In this document: positions 17,676-20,000 of the stretch, in pieces | How the letters are laid out: the number at the start of each line of letters is the position of its first letter | How positions within the stretch are numbered: position 1 is the stretch's first letter | NCBI GenBank assembly: GCA_005191425.1 | Contig: SUPR01000067.1 | Coordinates: 1-20,000 of the forward strand | Length of the DNA: 20,000 bases | From: Candidatus Helarchaeota ASGARD archaeon Hel_GB_B | Lineage (GTDB): Archaea; Asgardarchaeota; Lokiarchaeia; Helarchaeales; HEL-GB-B | Direction of reading: 5' to 3' | Position numbers and translations under genes: made by a program | The notes under the pieces: model-generated | Told to the model about the DNA's origin: nothing | The model's database searches: none | Seen by the model: only the letters and a program-made list of their open reading frames with translations

Positions 17676-18662
17676 ATGAGTGACTCTTATTCAAAAGCTG
17701 TAGATGCATATAAAAAAGGGGATTCTAAAAAAGCCATAAAATATTTTAAAAAAACGATTTCTATTCTTGATAAAATGGGTAAACTTAAACTTAAAGGCGA
17801 AATATTACAAAATTTGGCATTTTCATATGTATTGGATGGTCAATTAGAAGAGGGAATTAAAGCAATGAAAGAATCTGTATTAATTTTTGATAAGTTGAAG
17901 TTATCTACTAAAGTTGTTGAAGGGCTTGCTTATATTGGTGCATTAAATTATAAAAAGAAAAACAATAAATTAGCATTAAAATATTATAAAGAAGCAGAGA
18001 GAATAATTAAAGAAAAAAGACTATATAACCAATGTAAAGAGATTGAGGCAGATATTTGTGCAGATTTGGGCTCAGTATATGATGATGAAAATAATTTTAT
18101 TGTAGCTCTTGAAAATTTTAATAGAGCTATTAAATTGTACAGAAAATCCAATAATGAAAAAGGCATTGCAAGGACATATTTAGATATTGGACTGTTAAAT
18201 TTTCATCAAGAAAATTATGAAGCGGCTAAATCAAGTATTATTAAAGCATTAAAAGGATTAAAAAGATTTAATGACATTGATAATATAGCTGATTGTCATT
18301 TAATACTTGGAAAAATATATCGAGAACAAAAAAATTGGGGGTCATCACTTAACGAATGCGAGAAAGCATTAAAATTTTATGAATTACGAGAAAATAAACT
18401 CGGTATTGCAGAATCAACTCTGGGAATTGGAATTGCTAAAGGGTCAATTACTGGACAAGAACGCGAAGGTGTGAAAATATTACAACAATCTTTAACATTA
18501 ATTAAGAAGTTAAAAGATACTTTTTTAGAAGGCTTATGTCTGGCTTGGATTGCTAAAGTTAAAAAGAAATTAGGTGATTCTGATTCAGTTAAATACAAAA
18601 ATATGGCGATTAAAAAATTATCTATAATTGGAAAAGAAGGTATGTTAGCAAAAATAAAATAA
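17676..18662 (+). CDS. Tetratricopeptide-repeat protein
   Basis: About 7-8 helical repeats of ~40 aa with small/aromatic TPR positions (LGSVY…ALENFNRAIKLY; IARTYLDIGLL). Confidence 0.85.
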   Translation: MSDSYSKAVDAYKKGDSKKAIKYFKKTISILDKMGKLKLKGEILQNLAFSYVLDGQLEEGIKAMKESVLIFDKLKLSTKVVEGLAYIGALNYKKKNNKLALKYYKEAERIIKEKRLYNQCKEIEADICADLGSVYDDENNFIVALENFNRAIKLYRKSNNEKGIARTYLDIGLLNFHQENYEAAKSSIIKALKGLKRFNDIDNIADCHLILGKIYREQKNWGSSLNECEKALKFYELRENKLGIAESTLGIGIAKGSITGQEREGVKILQQSLTLIKKLKDTFLEGLCLAWIAKVKKKLGDSDSVKYKNMAIKKLSIIGKEGMLAKIK

Positions 18663-18691
18663 GAAAATATAAATAAAAAATATATTTATTG

Positions 18692-19063
18692 TTAGTATCC
18701 TGCTTGTTTAATTTTGTCTAAAGTTATTGTTAGATCTCTATAAGCGTCACCGGGCGCTCCTTCCGCAGAAACCCAACTAATTATAATTAACCTATTTTGA
18801 ATATTAGCACCAACAATTGATCCCTGTCCTTGTAAATTTTGGCAAATTAATCTTTCAGGAGTGCATTGGAGTGTGGAATATTTTACTCCTTGAACTAAAA
18901 TAGAGGGCTGGCTTTCAGTCCAAGCACTAAGAATCGTACCCAAATCCTGGGTAATATCCCATTCACTAGATTGGTATAATATCTGGTTTTGCTGCCAATT
19001 ATAAACAGTAACCGCTCCGATAGTATTATTCTGGTTCTGTAATTCTTTTATGATATTCTCCAC
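18692..19063 (-). CDS. Asgard-type profilin
   Basis: YQSSEWDIT…W…ILVQGVKYSTLQCTPERL…GQGSIVGA matches the Loki-type profilin pattern. GTG start, 123 aa. Confidence 0.85.
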   Translation of the reverse strand: MENIIKELQNQNNTIGAVTVYNWQQNQILYQSSEWDITQDLGTILSAWTESQPSILVQGVKYSTLQCTPERLICQNLQGQGSIVGANIQNRLIIISWVSAEGAPGDAYRDLTITLDKIKQAGY

Positions 19064-19213
19064 GATTTTTCACATCTTTTTTTGTGAATTACTTTTAACG
19101 TATTTTATATTTTATTGAATAAAATATTAATAATAGGGTGTTACGATATATTTTTTAGATTAATAAATTATTTGGAAAGTTAATAAATTATAATATATAA
19201 TAAAAAGAATGAG

Positions 19214-19756
19214 ATGATTATTCCTATGTATAACTCAAATAATATCGAAGAAACTATTAGGACATGGTGCCAAGATGAAGGTATATATAGAATAAAACAT
19301 AAAGGAGATGAATTAGCAAAACGAAATTTATTTATTTTTGATATTGATTATCCTTATAATCACCCACACCCAGTTCGTATGCAAGTATTCGTCCCAAAAG
19401 GTAAAGATTTTGTCGTTATTTTATGCTCAACAAAAATCAGCCCAATTCATATTAATGCTCTAAAAAGTAATAATAAAATTGTACAGAATTTTATCGATAA
19501 ATTTTTGGACAAAATGTATTTACTTCAAGTAGATTATAACTTGAGAAGTAATAAGAATTATCCTGATGCATGGGCTATCTCTGATAGAATATTTTTTGAT
19601 GGTCTAACAAAAAATGAATTTTATAAAACTATTAAAAAAATATTTAATGCACAGATGTACGCAAATTTGATTCTGAATAAAGCATGTATGTTTGCTAAAG
19701 GTAATGATATTAAAAAAATCAGTAACAAATCTTTTGATATACCATTTTATGGATAA
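19214..19756 (+). CDS. DUF2299-family protein
   Basis: N-terminal IRTWCQDEG and C-terminal RIFFDGLTKNEFYKTI are typical of archaeal DUF2299. Confidence 0.65.
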   Translation: MIIPMYNSNNIEETIRTWCQDEGIYRIKHKGDELAKRNLFIFDIDYPYNHPHPVRMQVFVPKGKDFVVILCSTKISPIHINALKSNNKIVQNFIDKFLDKMYLLQVDYNLRSNKNYPDAWAISDRIFFDGLTKNEFYKTIKKIFNAQMYANLILNKACMFAKGNDIKKISNKSFDIPFYG

Positions 19757-19772
19757 ACAATCTTTTTATAAA

Positions 19773-20000
19773 ATGAGAGGCGTTTATTTATTAATAATTG
19801 AAAAATCTAAGTCTTCAAATATTAAAGTGGGAAGTTTGGGTCTAATTAGCTTTCCTCCTGGTATCTATATTTATGTAGGTTCTGCTATGGGTATCTCATC
19901 TTCAACTAATATTGAGAATAGATTAAAAAGACATTTACGAAAGGAGAAAAATATTCACTGGCATATTGATTATCTCCTAAACGATAATTCAACTTCAATA
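19773..20000 (+). CDS. GIY-YIG nuclease, DUF123 family (5' part, runs off the window; not in ORF track)
   Basis: MRGVYLLII…VGSLG…FPPGIYIYVGSAMG…NRLKRHLRKEKNIHWHIDYLL; ATG 19773. Confidence 0.88.
   Translation, partial: MRGVYLLIIEKSKSSNIKVGSLGLISFPPGIYIYVGSAMGISSSTNIENRLKRHLRKEKNIHWHIDYLLNDNSTSI

Noticed and set aside
3317-18598. Antisense ORFs in the track (3317, 4558, 6206, 7684, 10162, 11016, 12509, 12568, 13452, 14630, 17984, 18377)
   Set aside because: Each lies opposite a well-supported gene and has no recognisable motifs. They are shadow ORFs.
1-20000. CRISPR arrays, tRNA or rRNA genes
   Set aside because: No regularly spaced repeats or cloverleaf/rRNA-like GC-rich segments were seen. 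The intergenic regions are short and extremely AT-rich.

Overview
Very AT-rich archaeal DNA, most likely from an Asgard archaeon (Loki/Hel-like). The evidence for this is an Asgard-type profilin, longin- and roadblock-like proteins, and GGTGA-type ribosome-binding sites. The window opens with the 3' end of an IS200/IS605-like tnpB and its right end, which abuts a decayed surface-protein gene. Next come a DUF166 protein, the minimal Fe-S assembly pair sufC/sufB (SmsCB), rubrerythrin, a divergent acr3/arsR arsenite module and an ArsB/NhaD-like permease. These are followed by a flavodiiron protein, an NADH:rubredoxin-oxidoreductase-like flavoprotein and an acyl-CoA dehydrogenase. The right part holds a four-gene minus-strand operon (longin+roadblock, roadblock, corrinoid protein, MtaA/UroD-fold protein), apt, a TPR protein, profilin, DUF2299 and a partial GIY-YIG/DUF123 gene. 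The ORF track misses two paralogous 39-aa rubredoxin-like genes (10493..10612 - and 16623..16742 +), each with six identically spaced cysteines. The best candidates for undescribed biology are (1) the operon joining longin/roadblock proteins to a corrinoid protein and a zinc-ligand-less methyltransferase-fold protein, and (2) the six-Cys mini-rubredoxins. All family assignments come from motif recognition by eye; no searches were run.
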